Shown piece after piece: positions 1 to 10,744 of a DNA stretch of 64,000 nucleotides. The stretch lies in NCBI GenBank assembly GCA_903839975.1, contig CAIMEH010000013.1, forward strand, positions 15,999-79,998. Direction: 5' to 3'. Below the pieces are notes generated by a model. That model saw only the letters and a program-made list of their open reading frames with translations, was not told the origin of the DNA and ran no database searches. How positions within the stretch are numbered: position 1 is the first letter of the stretch; each line of letters begins with the position of its first letter. This DNA is from an uncultured Candidatus Berkelbacteria bacterium (GTDB lineage: Bacteria > Patescibacteriota > UBA1384 > 2-12-FULL-50-11). The position numbers and the translations under genes were made by a program.

Positions 1-1
1 A

Positions 2-967
2 GGAGTCGCTAAGGCCTCTGAGACAGGTCACGGTACTAACATTATTTCCGGCCTTGCTCTGTCGATGCGCTCAACTGCCTTGCCAGCCTTAGTTATTGCC
101 GTTGCTGTGATGGCCGCATTCAAAATTGCTGGCCTATATGGCATTTCTGTGGCCGCTTTCTCGATGTTGTCGCTAGCTGGCATGATTGTAGCCGTCGACG
201 CTTTTGGTCCAATTACCGACAACGCCGGTGGCATCGCCCAGATGGCCGGACTACCAAAAGATGTTCGAATAATTACTGACGAGCTTGATGCTGTCGGCAA
301 CACCACCAAAGCCGTTACCAAGGGTTACGCTATCGCTTCGGCGGGCTTGGCTGCTTTGGTACTTTTCGACTCCTACACCAGAGAAATACTGGCTCGGGGA
401 CATGTTGTAAGTTATAGCCTGTCCGATCCATATGTTATCGTCGGTCTGTTTATTGGCGGTATGCTGCCTTACATCTTTGCCGCCTTGTCGATGGAAGCAG
501 TTGGCCGTGCGGCCGGCGCTATCGTCGAGGAGGTTCGCAAGCAGTTCCGTGAGCGCCGCGGGATCTTAGAGGGCAAAGTTAAGCCAGATTATGCTCGAGC
601 AGTTTCAATAGTAACCAAAGCCGCCTTAAAAGAGATGATATTCCCGGCGATTGTTCCTGTCGTGGCTCCGATAATTGTTGGTTTCATTCTAGGTCCAGCT
701 GCTCTTGGTGGGATGCTAATCGGTTCAATCGTTACCGGACTATTCCTGGCTCTCTCGATGACTACTGGTGGTGCCGCCTGGGATAACGCCAAAAAGCATA
801 TCGAAGAAGGTAACCATGGTGGCAAGGGCAGTGACGCTCACCACGCCGCTGTTACTGGTGATACTGTCGGCGATCCTTACAAAGATACCGCTGGCCCAGC
901 CATCAACCCAATGATCAAGATTGTGAACATCGTTGCCATACTAATCATTCCTCTGATCGCCAAATAA
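2..967 (+). CDS. hppA: K+/H+-translocating membrane pyrophosphatase, C-terminal part; the gene begins upstream of the window
   Basis: The frame is open from the window start. The protein is multi-TM with the conserved V-PPase C-terminal region ([13 protein letters not shown]...[14 protein letters not shown]). Confidence 0.85.
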   Translation, partial: GVAKASETGHGTNIISGLALSMRSTALPALVIAVAVMAAFKIAGLYGISVAAFSMLSLAGMIVAVDAFGPITDNAGGIAQMAGLPKDVRIITDELDAVGNTTKAVTKGYAIASAGLAALVLFDSYTREILARGHVVSYSLSDPYVIVGLFIGGMLPYIFAALSMEAVGRAAGAIVEEVRKQFRERRGILEGKVKPDYARAVSIVTKAALKEMIFPAIVPVVAPIIVGFILGPAALGGMLIGSIVTGLFLALSMTTGGAAWDNAKKHIEEGNHGGKGSDAHHAAVTGDTVGDPYKDTAGPAINPMIKIVNIVAILIIPLIAK

Positions 968-974
968 CAAAAAT

Positions 975-1193
975 ATGGAACACAAAAATCTCTCCTGGAT
1001 CGTCGAGAAATTTGAGAACGGCTCGGTCGTTCTCAAAGCCGACGGCGAGAGATTGCGTGTGCCACGAACTCAGATACCTAAAGGCATAAAAGAAGGTGAT
1101 ATCGTTACTGCCGAATTCTACCTGTTAAAAGACGAAAAAAAGCGCAAAGATAACCTCGCCAGGGCTATTCTTGAAGAAATCCTGAACACGTAG
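975..1193 (+). CDS. small hypothetical protein (72 aa)
   Basis: ORF immediately after hppA with no recognisable motif. Confidence 0.4.
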   Translation: MEHKNLSWIVEKFENGSVVLKADGERLRVPRTQIPKGIKEGDIVTAEFYLLKDEKKRKDNLARAILEEILNT

Positions 1194-1209
1194 TAGTCTT
1201 AGCGCATAG

Positions 1210-3048
1210 ATGAGTGAAAAGAAGACGAAGAAGTTAACCTTCGCCAAGTTTTTAGATATTTTCAAGAAACAATCTTCCTGGAAGAAGTGGATTTTTGGCT
1301 CGCTCGCAGTAGTTGCCGTTATCGGCTTAGCCTACTTAACTTTTTCCCTGATTTATATCGGTAAAACTTACCCACGTTTAACAGTCGGTGGCGTAAAAGT
1401 TAGTGGGTTAAAGCAAGCCCAGGTTAAAAGTCTATTAGATGAACAGGCTAAAATAAACCAAGGTACGCCGCTAACACTCGTCTTCCAAGACAAAACTTCA
1501 ACCTTAAAACCAGAAGATATTAGCTGGCAGCTCGATACCGATGCAACGGCAACAAGTGCCGTTAATATCGGTCGCCAGAATGGTTTTTGGCGTAGCCTTT
1601 GGGCTCAGCTAAAATCACCTTTCGTAGTTACGGAAGTGCCGATGGCGATTACTTATAATTCTGATTCTTTAGCTAATAAACTTTCGGCTATCACTGGGCC
1701 AATTAACAAGCCGGCCACTAACGCTCAAGGGCAGTTTGCTGGCGGCAAGCTAACACTTACAGCAGAGAAGTCTGGCCAGGTAATCGATACCGATACAGTT
1801 TCCGCTCAAATTCTCTCGGCCTGGAGCCACTTTCAAACTATAAGCATTGCCATGCAGATGACTACGGATTTGCCGACGATTGTATTAGGCGACCAAGCTG
1901 CTCTTACCGCGCAGGCAAACAGTCTGGCGGCCACAAAATTAACCTTAAAGTGGCCAGCTGGCCAGGCAACGCTTTCTAAGACGGATGTCGAGCAGATGGT
2001 AGATTTTACCGCTGGTGATGCAAATACTGATGGCACCAAAACGCTAACGGCCCAGTTCACAGCCGATAAGATTCACCAGTTCCTACTAACTTATGCCACT
2101 ACAAATATCGATAAACCAGCGGTCGAACCGAAGCTGGCGATGGTTAATAACGTTCTAACCGTAACGACGCCAGCGGTTGGTGGCACGATTACTGATCTTG
2201 AATCTTCAACGCCGATAATTTTAGCCGAGCTTCGGTCGACTGACACAGCCAAGGTAGCGACTCTAACAATGAAGAGCCAAGATCCAACCATCAATCAGAA
2301 TAATCTGGCCTCGCTAGGCATTACTAGTTTAATCGGTGAAGGTATCACCAGCTTCGCTGGCTCACCGGCCAACCGAATAGTAAATATTAATCGAGGAGTA
2401 ACATTATTAAATAGTATTCTTGTTAAGCCAGGAACGGAGTTCTCTACACTGGATAATCTTGGCGAGATTGATGCCGCCAACGGTTTCGGCCAGGGCTTGG
2501 TGATAAAAGATAATCGAACTGTACCGGATTATGGCGGTGGGCTCTGCCAGGTTTCAACTACCCTTTTTCGCGCCGCCTTGGCTTCTGGGTTAAAGATTAC
2601 CGAGCGCCAGAATCATGCTTACAGAGTTAGCTACTACGAGCCGCCAGTTGGTTTGGATGCCACTATCTTTGATCCAGCTCCAGATTTTAAGTTCCTAAAC
2701 GACACCCCTGGCTATATTCTGGTTCAGGGAAAAGTTGTCGGCAATAAAGTAACTTTTGATTTCTACGGTACTAGTGACGGCAGAACTTCGGTTGTCTCGA
2801 CACCACAGATTCTAAGCACCACACCGGCCGGTGATCCGATTTATACCAATACCGATACGCTTAACATTGGGACCACTCAACAAATTGAAAAGGCCCATGA
2901 CGGTGCTCTGGCATCTGCGACTTACACAGTTACTCGTAACGGTGTGGTAATTAACCAACAGACGTTTAAGTCGAAATATAAACCTTGGCCGGCTCAGTAT
3001 TTAGTTGGCACCCACGACCCAGCTACTGGCCCAGCACCTACGCAGTAG
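1210..3048 (+). CDS. VanW-family protein with N-terminal TM anchor
   Basis: N-terminal hydrophobic segment. The C-terminal region (PGTEFSTLDNLGEI...GGGLCQVSTTLFRAAL...YRVSYYEPPVGLDATIF) resembles the VanW domain. Confidence 0.7.
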   Translation: MSEKKTKKLTFAKFLDIFKKQSSWKKWIFGSLAVVAVIGLAYLTFSLIYIGKTYPRLTVGGVKVSGLKQAQVKSLLDEQAKINQGTPLTLVFQDKTSTLKPEDISWQLDTDATATSAVNIGRQNGFWRSLWAQLKSPFVVTEVPMAITYNSDSLANKLSAITGPINKPATNAQGQFAGGKLTLTAEKSGQVIDTDTVSAQILSAWSHFQTISIAMQMTTDLPTIVLGDQAALTAQANSLAATKLTLKWPAGQATLSKTDVEQMVDFTAGDANTDGTKTLTAQFTADKIHQFLLTYATTNIDKPAVEPKLAMVNNVLTVTTPAVGGTITDLESSTPIILAELRSTDTAKVATLTMKSQDPTINQNNLASLGITSLIGEGITSFAGSPANRIVNINRGVTLLNSILVKPGTEFSTLDNLGEIDAANGFGQGLVIKDNRTVPDYGGGLCQVSTTLFRAALASGLKITERQNHAYRVSYYEPPVGLDATIFDPAPDFKFLNDTPGYILVQGKVVGNKVTFDFYGTSDGRTSVVSTPQILSTTPAGDPIYTNTDTLNIGTTQQIEKAHDGALASATYTVTRNGVVINQQTFKSKYKPWPAQYLVGTHDPATGPAPTQ

Positions 3049-4714
3049 TTTTTCGGTGGTGAGCTACGGCTCGACCGAGCGGTAACGGAATCAGGATATT
3101 TTTGTGCTCGTTTTGGGCGATAGCCGATTTGATAAAACCATCAAATAACGGATGAGGTTGGTTCGGGCGGCTCTTAAACTCTGGGTGAAACTGGCAGGCC
3201 ACAAAATACGGATGGTCTTTCAGCTCGATAATCTCTACAAGATTTAACTCTGGGTTCACGCCGGAGATTACGAAATTTTCATCGTTCTCAAATTGCTTTC
3301 GGAAATCATTATTAAACTCGTAGCGATGGCGATGTCGTTCCAGAATATGATCCTTGCCATAAAGCTGAAAAGTTTTCGTTTTGTGAATTATCTTGCAGGC
3401 AAAATTTCCCAGTCTCATCGAGCCGCCGTAGTGGCTAGTCTGCATTTTTTTAATCTGGTCGGGCATTAGGTCGATAACTGGGCTGCCATTCTCGGCAAAT
3501 TCGGTTGAGCTGGCATCTTTTATTCCCAGAACATTACGGCCGTATTCGATACAGGATAGTTGCATACCTAGGCACAAACCAAGTAGCGGAATTCGATGTT
3601 CGCGGGCAAACTTGATAGCGGTGATAATACCTTCAATTCCACGATTGCCAAATCCACCAGGCACACAGATGCCGTCGTAACCCCGAAGCTTTTCTGGGCC
3701 TTCTTGCTCAATCATCTCGCTATCCACCATCTGAATATTAACCTTATACGGCGTCTGCCAGCCGGAAGATTTTAGGGCCTCAATAACAGAGAAATAAGTG
3801 TCGCTCATGGTCATATATTTGCCGACCATGGCGATGGTAATCTCCTTGGTTCGGTTTCGGCGAATGCGGGAAACCAGCAACTTCCAGTCTTTGCCGTTGT
3901 GGTGTTTCATCTTCAGGCCGAATTTTTTCAGAACTAAGGTATCCACTTTGTATTTGCCCAAAGTCAGTGGCACGGCGTAGACGGTATCAGCCGTTTCTAG
4001 CGGAATAACTGCTTCTTCTTTTAGTCCTGAGAAAAGAGCAATTTTGCGCAGATGCTCTTTATATACCGGATAATCTGAGCGGCAGAAGATAATACTTGGG
4101 TGGATTCCTCTCGATTGCAGATCGTGAATAGAGTTCTGAATTGGTTTAGTTTTAATCTCGTGCGAAGCCTCAAGATACGGCAAGTAGCCAACTTGAACAA
4201 ACATCACGTTCTCCGGCTGCTCCATCGCTACCTGACGAGCCGCCTCCACAAAGTGAGTGCTCTCGATATCGCCGATGGTGCCGCCTATCTCGGTAATTAG
4301 TATCTGGGCTTTGTTTTTTTCAGCCGCTTGGAAAAGTCGTTGCTTAACCTCATTGGTAACATGTGGGATAACCTGAACGGTTTTGCCTAAGTATTTTCCC
4401 TGACGTTCTTTCTCTATAACTGCCCCGTAGATCGAGCCGCTCATCACCGAGGACTCGCGCGACATCTCTTCGTTTAAAAATCTTTCATAATGGCCCAAGT
4501 CCAGATCGGTTTCGGCGCCGTCGGCAGTAACAAAACACTCGCCGTGTTCGGCGGGGTTCAAAGTGCCGGCATCAGTATTTAAGTAGGGGTCAAACTTTTG
4601 GAGGAAAACGCGATAGCCCCGATTCTTCAGGAGGTTTCCAAGCGAGGCGGCCACAATCCCCTTGCCGACCCCAGATAAAACACCTCCAGTCACAAAGACA
4701 AACTTTGTTGACAT
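3038..4714 (-). CDS. pyrG: CTP synthase
   Basis: N-terminus MSTKFVFVTGGVLSGVGKGI. The C-terminal glutamine amidotransferase region has GLCLGMQ. Length 558 aa. Confidence 0.95.
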   Translation of the reverse strand: MSTKFVFVTGGVLSGVGKGIVAASLGNLLKNRGYRVFLQKFDPYLNTDAGTLNPAEHGECFVTADGAETDLDLGHYERFLNEEMSRESSVMSGSIYGAVIEKERQGKYLGKTVQVIPHVTNEVKQRLFQAAEKNKAQILITEIGGTIGDIESTHFVEAARQVAMEQPENVMFVQVGYLPYLEASHEIKTKPIQNSIHDLQSRGIHPSIIFCRSDYPVYKEHLRKIALFSGLKEEAVIPLETADTVYAVPLTLGKYKVDTLVLKKFGLKMKHHNGKDWKLLVSRIRRNRTKEITIAMVGKYMTMSDTYFSVIEALKSSGWQTPYKVNIQMVDSEMIEQEGPEKLRGYDGICVPGGFGNRGIEGIITAIKFAREHRIPLLGLCLGMQLSCIEYGRNVLGIKDASSTEFAENGSPVIDLMPDQIKKMQTSHYGGSMRLGNFACKIIHKTKTFQLYGKDHILERHRHRYEFNNDFRKQFENDENFVISGVNPELNLVEIIELKDHPYFVACQFHPEFKSRPNQPHPLFDGFIKSAIAQNEHKNILIPLPLGRAVAHHRKTTA

Positions 4715-4775
4715 CTAGCCCACCCTACGGGCGAACCGTCAAAGTGTCAAGGACACCAATTTACTGCTTAAACCC

Positions 4776-4804
4776 TTGACTTTTCAGGTTAAATATGCTA
4801 AGCT
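4776..4804 (+). promoter_or_regulatory. sigma70-like promoter TTGACT-17-TAAGCT upstream of the 4840 ORF; near-identical to the promoter of the DGR target gene
   Basis: cttgacttttcaggttaaatatgctaagct is read directly from the sequence. The same ~30-bp string recurs at 32548-32578. Confidence 0.5.
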
Positions 4805-4839
4805 GGCCATAATATCTTGTTCCTTAAGGGGGCCGAAAA

Positions 4840-5430
4840 TTGGACAAACTCGAGTTTGGAAGGGTTAAGCCTTTCTATTTTAGATTTAAAGAAGACTTCC
4901 TAAAGGAAGTCACGACCGAACAGGAAAAAACCTGTTTGTTTATGTTCTTCACGGACGAGAATGCTCTGGTCAGGACGGTGCCGCCTTCACCGGCGGAGGA
5001 GATTGGTATCATCAGTCGAATTCATAAAGAGTTCGAGAAGATGAGGCAATTCGGGTCAAAGCATTTTCCGAGAGAAGAGTGCACGTACGAGGCAACCGAG
5101 CGCACCTATCAAAGTGCTCTCAAGAAGCTTCGTGACCGATGCGCTCTGTATCATGAAGAGGTGCACGACTGTCGGCACGAGCCGCTTGCAGTTATTCCGC
5201 TTGATTGGTGGGTAATTAAGCTGCTTAAGGCGACTTGCTACGACTCAACCGTCCGGATCGCCAGAGCGACTGACCGACAGCTGCTTTCGATTAGGGGTAT
5301 CGGACCAGTGACTCTAAAGCAGATTCGGGTTTTTATTCCGTTTGATCCGGAAGCTGGCAAGGTCGCACGCGACAGGCGCAGCCGAATCAATGCCCAGATC
5401 CGAGCCGGCCAAAAAGGTCTCGGAATCTGA
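4840..5430 (+). CDS. hypothetical protein with C-terminal helix-hairpin-helix-like motif; TTG start
   Basis: A good RBS (aaggggg) lies 7 nt before the TTG. The motif LLSIRGIGPVTLKQIR is HhH-like. Confidence 0.5.
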   Translation: MDKLEFGRVKPFYFRFKEDFLKEVTTEQEKTCLFMFFTDENALVRTVPPSPAEEIGIISRIHKEFEKMRQFGSKHFPREECTYEATERTYQSALKKLRDRCALYHEEVHDCRHEPLAVIPLDWWVIKLLKATCYDSTVRIARATDRQLLSIRGIGPVTLKQIRVFIPFDPEAGKVARDRRSRINAQIRAGQKGLGI

Positions 5431-5440
5431 CCGACACCAT

Positions 5441-5482
5441 GCCGCCATACGTCAAAACTGACGTATGGCGGCTTTTCTTTTT
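5441..5482 (+). terminator. rho-independent terminator hairpin gccgccatacgtca-aaact-gacgtatggcggc followed by a T-run
   Basis: Perfect 14-bp stem plus ttttctttttcc. Confidence 0.7.
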
Positions 5483-5506
5483 CCTTCAAAAAAAGTACGT
5501 TCAAGA

Positions 5507-6860
5507 TATGAACGAGAAAATTTTTAAAGCTTACGACATCCGCGGGACTTATCCAGACCAGGTTAACGAAGATTCGTTTAAGAGAATTGCTCAGGCCTTC
5601 GCCATGTATATTCAACCAAAAACCGTTGCCGTTGGTCGCGACGTTCGCGTTTCCGGGCCAAGTTTGCAAAAAGCCGTTATCGAGGGACTAATTTCAATGG
5701 GCGTAAATGTCATCGACATCGGAGTCGTACCAACGGAGATGATGTACTTTGCGGTAGGCTTGCTTGGTTTGGATGGCGGTATCCAGGTTTCGGCCAGTCA
5801 CAATCCAGCTGAGTATAACGGCCTCAAGATGGTCAAAAAAGGCGTCGAGGCTATCTCAACTGATACCGGTTTATTGCAGATAAAAGAAATGGCTCTTAGC
5901 GGTCAGGAATTTTCTGCTGAAACAAAAGGTGAAGTTAGGCAGAAAGATTTAACCGACGAGTACCTAGATTACATCGCCAAGCTAGTTAATTTAAAAGATT
6001 TGCCACAACTCAAGATTGTCGCCAACGGCAACTTTGGCATGAGTGGCGTTATGGCAAAGAAGTTAATCGAGAAAATGGAGTTGCCAATCGAACTAGTTGA
6101 ACTTAACTTCGAACCAGATGGAACATTTCCAAAAGGCCGCCCCGATCCTTTAATACCAGAGAATAGGGCTGAAACTAGCGCACAAGTCAAAGAAAACGGC
6201 GCAAATATGGGAGTAGCTTGGGACGCGGATGGCGATCGTTGCTACATCGCCGACGAAAGTGGTACGTTTATAGAAGGCTGCCACATGACGGCCTTGCTCG
6301 CTGTACACTTACTCGAGAAAAATCCTAAACAAAAGATTCTCTACGACCCACGAAATATCTATGCTACTCGTGATTCAATTACCGCTACTGGCGGAATCCC
6401 GATCGAAACCAAAACTGGCCACACTTTTATCAAAAACCGCATGCGTAGCGAACAGGCACTCTTTGCCGGCGAGATGAGCGGTCACTACTACTACCGCGAT
6501 TTCTATAACGCGGATAACGGCTTGCTAACATTTCTTTATTTCCTCGAGTTAATAGCCCAGAAGAAACAAAAAGTTTCAGAAATAGCAGCCCCGCTTAGAG
6601 AAAAATACTTCGTCTCCGGTGAGATTAATTTCAAGGTTAAAGATGCCCAGACGGCGATAGAAGCTATAAAAAAAGAATATCCCGACGGCAAGATCGACAC
6701 GACCGACGGCATCTCAATCGATTTTAACAGCTGGCGATTTAATCTGCGTTCCAGTAATACCGAACCGTTACTCCGATTGAATGTAGAATCAACCGACAAA
6801 AATATCTGCGAGCAGAAAACCGCCGAGCTTCGGTCGCTGATTGAAGATCACAAAGTTTAA
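5507..6860 (+). CDS. phosphoglucomutase/phosphomannomutase family protein
   Basis: Starts MNEKIFKAYDIRG. It has the active-site SASHNP motif (VSASHNPAEYNG) and the GEMSGH motif. Confidence 0.85.
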
Positions 6861-7238
6861 GCGCTTCGAGTTCTCCTACCCAAAGCGCTTTTATGTGTTA
6901 GACGACACTGACGTTTTTCCGGATATCGTCAGCGCAGATGTTGCATATTCCATAGACAACATCGATTATCTTCCCCTGTTTCATCTCTGGCACGGATACA
7001 GACCGGCCTTCGGAGAATGCGGCACTACTCACCCTTCGAAATTTCCCTTTCTGCTTACAATAGAAGCAGATCGGTTTGTACTCGATGGGTTTTACGACTA
7101 ATTTTGGGGCAACGACATCGCTTGATTGCGATAGATCACCCAAGGTACGAACTTGAAGCGAGCGCATTTTTAGACCTCCTTGCACTCAGGATGCGAAAAT
7201 TATGCGCCAAAAAAATATGTCAATCAAGGGGTGAAGCT

Positions 7239-8228
7239 CTAAAGTAAACCGAGGGATTCTTTAACCTTTTTCAGGGTTTCTTCGGCAACTGGCTCGGCTT
7301 TTTTCCGACCTTCTTCTGCTATCTTAATTAGCCCTGCCTCGTCCTTACGCAGTGATGCATAAGTTTTTTGAATTGGTTTTAGAAAACGAATAATATCTTC
7401 AATTAGTTGTTCTTTCAGCTCGCTGTAGCGGATAGTCCCCTTCTTGTGCTGCTCTTCGAAATGTTTGACGGTCTCCGGGTCGCTAACGCCTTCAAGGATG
7501 ACAAATAGATTTTTGACGCCCGGGCTCATCTCGCCTGAATTTGGATCGGTGTCGGTAACGGCGCGCTTGATGGTTTGGGTAATTTCTCCTTCGGTGGCTA
7601 ACAAGCCGATCGCTGAGCCTGGAATGCTCTTGCTCATCTTCTTTGATGGGTCGTTTAGGGCCATGATTCGGGCAGCTTTAGTCAGGAGCGGCTTCGGTTC
7701 AACCAGTATATTATCTCCGACAAAGTGATTAACTGAACGGATAATCTCTCGGGAAAGTTCGAGATGCTGAACTTGGTCTTCGCCAACTGGCACCACTTCG
7801 GCGCCGTAAAGGGCAATATCAGCAGCCTGTAAAACTGGATAAGTGAATAAGCCGACGTTCTGGCCGTGACGATCTGATTTCTCCTTAAACTGAGTCATGC
7901 GATTAAGCTGGCCCAAAGAAGTAAAGTTGCCAAAAAGCTGACCGAGCTCGGCGTGGGCGGGAATCTGGGACTGAACGAATAGTGTTGAGGATTTCGGGTC
8001 AATTCCTAAGGCCACCATCATCGCTAACAGGTCAAGCGTCTGGCTGCGCATCTTCTCGGGAGAAGGTTTTATCGAGAGAGTATGCAAATCGGCAATAAAG
8101 AAAAAAGCGTCGTAGTCGTGCTGAAACTCCACCATCTGTTTGACGGCGCCAAGGTAGTTGCCGATATGTAGTTCGCCGGTTGGCTGAATGCCACTAAGTA
8201 GTTTTTCCATCCCTTCTATTCTAGCCAT
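7239..8228 (-). CDS. trpS: tryptophanyl-tRNA synthetase
   Basis: Class I aaRS with HIGN-like GELHIGNYLG and the KMSKS motif; 329 aa. Confidence 0.9.
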   Translation of the reverse strand: MARIEGMEKLLSGIQPTGELHIGNYLGAVKQMVEFQHDYDAFFFIADLHTLSIKPSPEKMRSQTLDLLAMMVALGIDPKSSTLFVQSQIPAHAELGQLFGNFTSLGQLNRMTQFKEKSDRHGQNVGLFTYPVLQAADIALYGAEVVPVGEDQVQHLELSREIIRSVNHFVGDNILVEPKPLLTKAARIMALNDPSKKMSKSIPGSAIGLLATEGEITQTIKRAVTDTDPNSGEMSPGVKNLFVILEGVSDPETVKHFEEQHKKGTIRYSELKEQLIEDIIRFLKPIQKTYASLRKDEAGLIKIAEEGRKKAEPVAEETLKKVKESLGLL

Positions 8229-8330
8229 TACCTGTCTTTCTGAACAGCCACATTCTACTTGTTGAAATCGTTATAAAAAGTACTAAGCTTAAATTAAGAT
8301 TTTAAATTGAACTATTTAGAGAGGGGAAGG

Positions 8331-9671
8331 ATGATCACAAAGCGTATTGCAGTTCTCTGGTCGGTGGCGATGCTTATTATAGGTTTAGTGGCTGGTTTTT
8401 TGCTTTACTCCCCAGTATCTGATTCGACTGGGTTGCATGCTGGTGGTCTTGTTGGAGTTGGTGCTTTAGGGACGGTGCTTGGAATAAAATCAAGCGATGG
8501 CACTACCACCTCGCCGACTCAATGGTCCAACACTCAGTGGGGTACTTTTTCTAAATGCGTTGGTACTACAAGATATCTAGGCAAGTCTAGCAGCGATTTA
8601 GCTTCGTGCGTTGCCCAAGTATTAGCTGGCTCACCTTTTGCTGGCAGTATGAGGTTGCAGGTATCGACAATCGGACGAATGCCGGTCGCTGACGTCTTGG
8701 CTTTAACTATCTCAAAAACAGGAATGATTACTGGAACAACGGATGTGTCGAGCACAAATGTCTGCCCAGTGCCATCAACTAGCCTCTACCTATACGGTTG
8801 TAATGGTACAACTCCAGTTGGCGCGACAATTACAGGTTATATCAACCCCGCTGGCCAGATTAATCTCACGATCGGCAAGAGCAATCTAGCTGGGTATGTT
8901 TTCAAGAGCGGTCAAACATCAAAGATTGATACCACCCTATACACTGGCGCTCTGTTGGATGCCGGTGGATTAGCGAGTGTGCCAGGCGTAACTCTTATGC
9001 CAACGGCGCCATTTGTAACTGATGGTGTAGCGGCAGTTAATGTTCCTAACGGAGTTAGCATCTACGAGGTTGATATGTGGGCAAATCTACCTGCAACGAC
9101 AACTACACCTACTCCAACACCAAGTCCAACCGCTGACTGGCAGACATACACAAACACGGAATTTGGTTTTAGCTTTAAATATCCTGCAACAGGAAGCGCT
9201 GTTAGTTTGACTGCAGGCACTCAGCCAAGTGAGCTAAAATTCTTCGGTCCGATTAGCGATGGAGGCACTGCTACGCACTTGCTAAGCATCTATACAACGA
9301 CCCAGACATCGCTTCTTAACTTCATAAATCAATCATTTACCAAGACTGCTGCTCTTGACACTAACACATCTACCCCGGGCCATGCGCACACCAATGTTGA
9401 AACAGTTCTTACTAAACCAATAAACATTACTAGCGCTACCATTGCTGGATTGGCTGCTAAAACATTCGTCTGGACCGACAGTCTTAGCAACCCAACACAG
9501 TGGAACGGTGTGGTTGCTTTCATGAAAGGCTCAACTGTAGTAACTTTCAGCACCACGCCACAGACATCGGCAATTGCTTCTGTCTTGTCAGATGCTGAGC
9601 TAAATAACATTGCCTCGACCTTCGCCTTTACTGCTACCACTCCTGGAGGATCGACTTCGGCTTCTAGATAA
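8331..9671 (+). CDS. hypothetical membrane-anchored/secreted protein with Thr/Pro-rich linker
   Basis: RBS ggggaagg precedes an ATG at 8331. There is an N-terminal TM helix and a TTTTPTPTPSPT linker. Confidence 0.55.
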   Translation: MITKRIAVLWSVAMLIIGLVAGFLLYSPVSDSTGLHAGGLVGVGALGTVLGIKSSDGTTTSPTQWSNTQWGTFSKCVGTTRYLGKSSSDLASCVAQVLAGSPFAGSMRLQVSTIGRMPVADVLALTISKTGMITGTTDVSSTNVCPVPSTSLYLYGCNGTTPVGATITGYINPAGQINLTIGKSNLAGYVFKSGQTSKIDTTLYTGALLDAGGLASVPGVTLMPTAPFVTDGVAAVNVPNGVSIYEVDMWANLPATTTTPTPTPSPTADWQTYTNTEFGFSFKYPATGSAVSLTAGTQPSELKFFGPISDGGTATHLLSIYTTTQTSLLNFINQSFTKTAALDTNTSTPGHAHTNVETVLTKPINITSATIAGLAAKTFVWTDSLSNPTQWNGVVAFMKGSTVVTFSTTPQTSAIASVLSDAELNNIASTFAFTATTPGGSTSASR

Positions 9672-9682
9672 CGTTACTTTAA

Positions 9683-9720
9683 ACAAAAACACCCCCAGTT
9701 TTGGGGGTGTTTTTGTTTGT
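9683..9720. terminator. bidirectional rho-independent terminator with 15-bp perfect stem and T-runs on both sides
   Basis: acaaaaacaccccca-gttt-tgggggtgtttttgt. Confidence 0.75.
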
Positions 9721-9781
9721 GTGAGTGATATTATTAAGGTAACGCAGGTTCGTTCGAACCTAAAAATGGTAGGGTGACAAG

Positions 9782-9982
9782 TTGAGAATGTTAATGACGT
9801 TCATTGGGATCTTGCTGGTCTTTCTTGTTGCTTTAAAGTCGGGATTTGTGCTGGCAGAGTTAGCCGACTCCAGTATGTTCTCGTCCAATCAAGCAATCGA
9901 GATCGGTATAGTATTGTTAGGATTCTTTGCAATTGCTATTGGCAATATTGCAATGTTCAACCTAAAACGACTTAATCGTTGA
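9782..9982 (+). CDS. small hydrophobic hypothetical protein (66 aa)
   Basis: Contains two predicted TM helices. Weak call. Confidence 0.3.
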   Translation: MRMLMTFIGILLVFLVALKSGFVLAELADSSMFSSNQAIEIGIVLLGFFAIAIGNIAMFNLKRLNR

Positions 9983-10080
9983 GGTAGATGCCTTCTGCCC
10001 ATGACCCGCCGCCGGCTCCTATGTGATTGCAGCTTCCAGCTGGAGTATGCGTAATCACTAGGCCCGGCGGCATTTACTTC

Positions 10081-10115
10081 TAAAAAAGAATCCGGCGCCC
10101 ATAGGTGGGCGCCGG
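10081..10115 (-). terminator. rho-independent terminator for the 10131-10571 gene
   Basis: Hairpin ccggcgccca-tagg-tgggcgccgg with an A-run on the plus strand, which is a T-run on the minus strand. Confidence 0.6.
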
Positions 10116-10130
10116 TAAATTAGTTCTGCT

Positions 10131-10571
10131 CTAGGCGTGAACAAGTTCACGTTCCTCGACCTCCGCAAACATGTACTCCTTGGCGATGACCGACCTAATT
10201 GGGTCGATAATTCTGTTGAAATAATCGTCCGCTTCCGCTTGAGTAATCGGATTCTTGTCGCCAAGATTCTTAATTCTCTTTTCTAGGCCTTTAAGCTGTT
10301 TCTTCAGGGTTTCGAACAGTCCCGCAGCTTCACCGCTGGCTTTGAGCTGGTTTGAGCTCAGCTCTTCGCCAAAGATGCGCGCCAAGTCGCTTCTGACCTC
10401 GGGTTTCGTCCCGAAGTCCTTAAAGAGATTGATAATCGCCCATATTGCGTCGATTGCTTCCTTGCGTCTGGCTTCGGTTTGCACCTGTCCCTTTGCCGCA
10501 CATGCGAAGAAGCAGCAAATGTTGATAGGGTACTTCAAATTAACGTTACCGTCGTAGTTACCTTTCCTCAT
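10131..10571 (-). CDS. hypothetical protein (146 aa)
   Basis: ORF with coiled-coil-like C-terminal half and no recognisable family. Confidence 0.45.
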   Translation of the reverse strand: MRKGNYDGNVNLKYPINICCFFACAAKGQVQTEARRKEAIDAIWAIINLFKDFGTKPEVRSDLARIFGEELSSNQLKASGEAAGLFETLKKQLKGLEKRIKNLGDKNPITQAEADDYFNRIIDPIRSVIAKEYMFAEVEERELVHA

Positions 10572-10680
10572 TCTCGTTGCCTTCCTTGCTCTTTCGTCGA
10601 AATATAAAATACAAAATACACTCGCATACTAACTTAAATAGATATAAAAAAACATCATTCGTGTTCTGTGCGACATATTC

Positions 10681-10708
10681 TTGACTTATGTAAAGCTCGC
10701 TTTACAAT
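10681..10708 (+). promoter_or_regulatory. sigma70-like promoter TTGACT-16-TACAAT for groES-groEL; no CIRCE element seen
   Basis: ttgacttatgtaaagctcgctttacaat, with RBS aaggagg 10 nt before the ATG at 10745. Confidence 0.6.
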
Positions 10709-10744
10709 ACAGATATATAAAAAGCATAAAGGAGGCTAATAAAC

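Noticed and set aside
6861-7238. Small ORFs in the 380-bp convergent gap between the PGM/PMM gene and trpS
   Set aside because: The ORFs overlap on both strands without RBS. The region contains hairpins (ctgacg...cgtcag) consistent with terminators.
10572-10744. CIRCE/HrcA operator upstream of groES
   Set aside because: No TTAGCACTC-N9-GAGTGCTAA-like inverted repeat is present. Only a sigma70-type promoter is seen.
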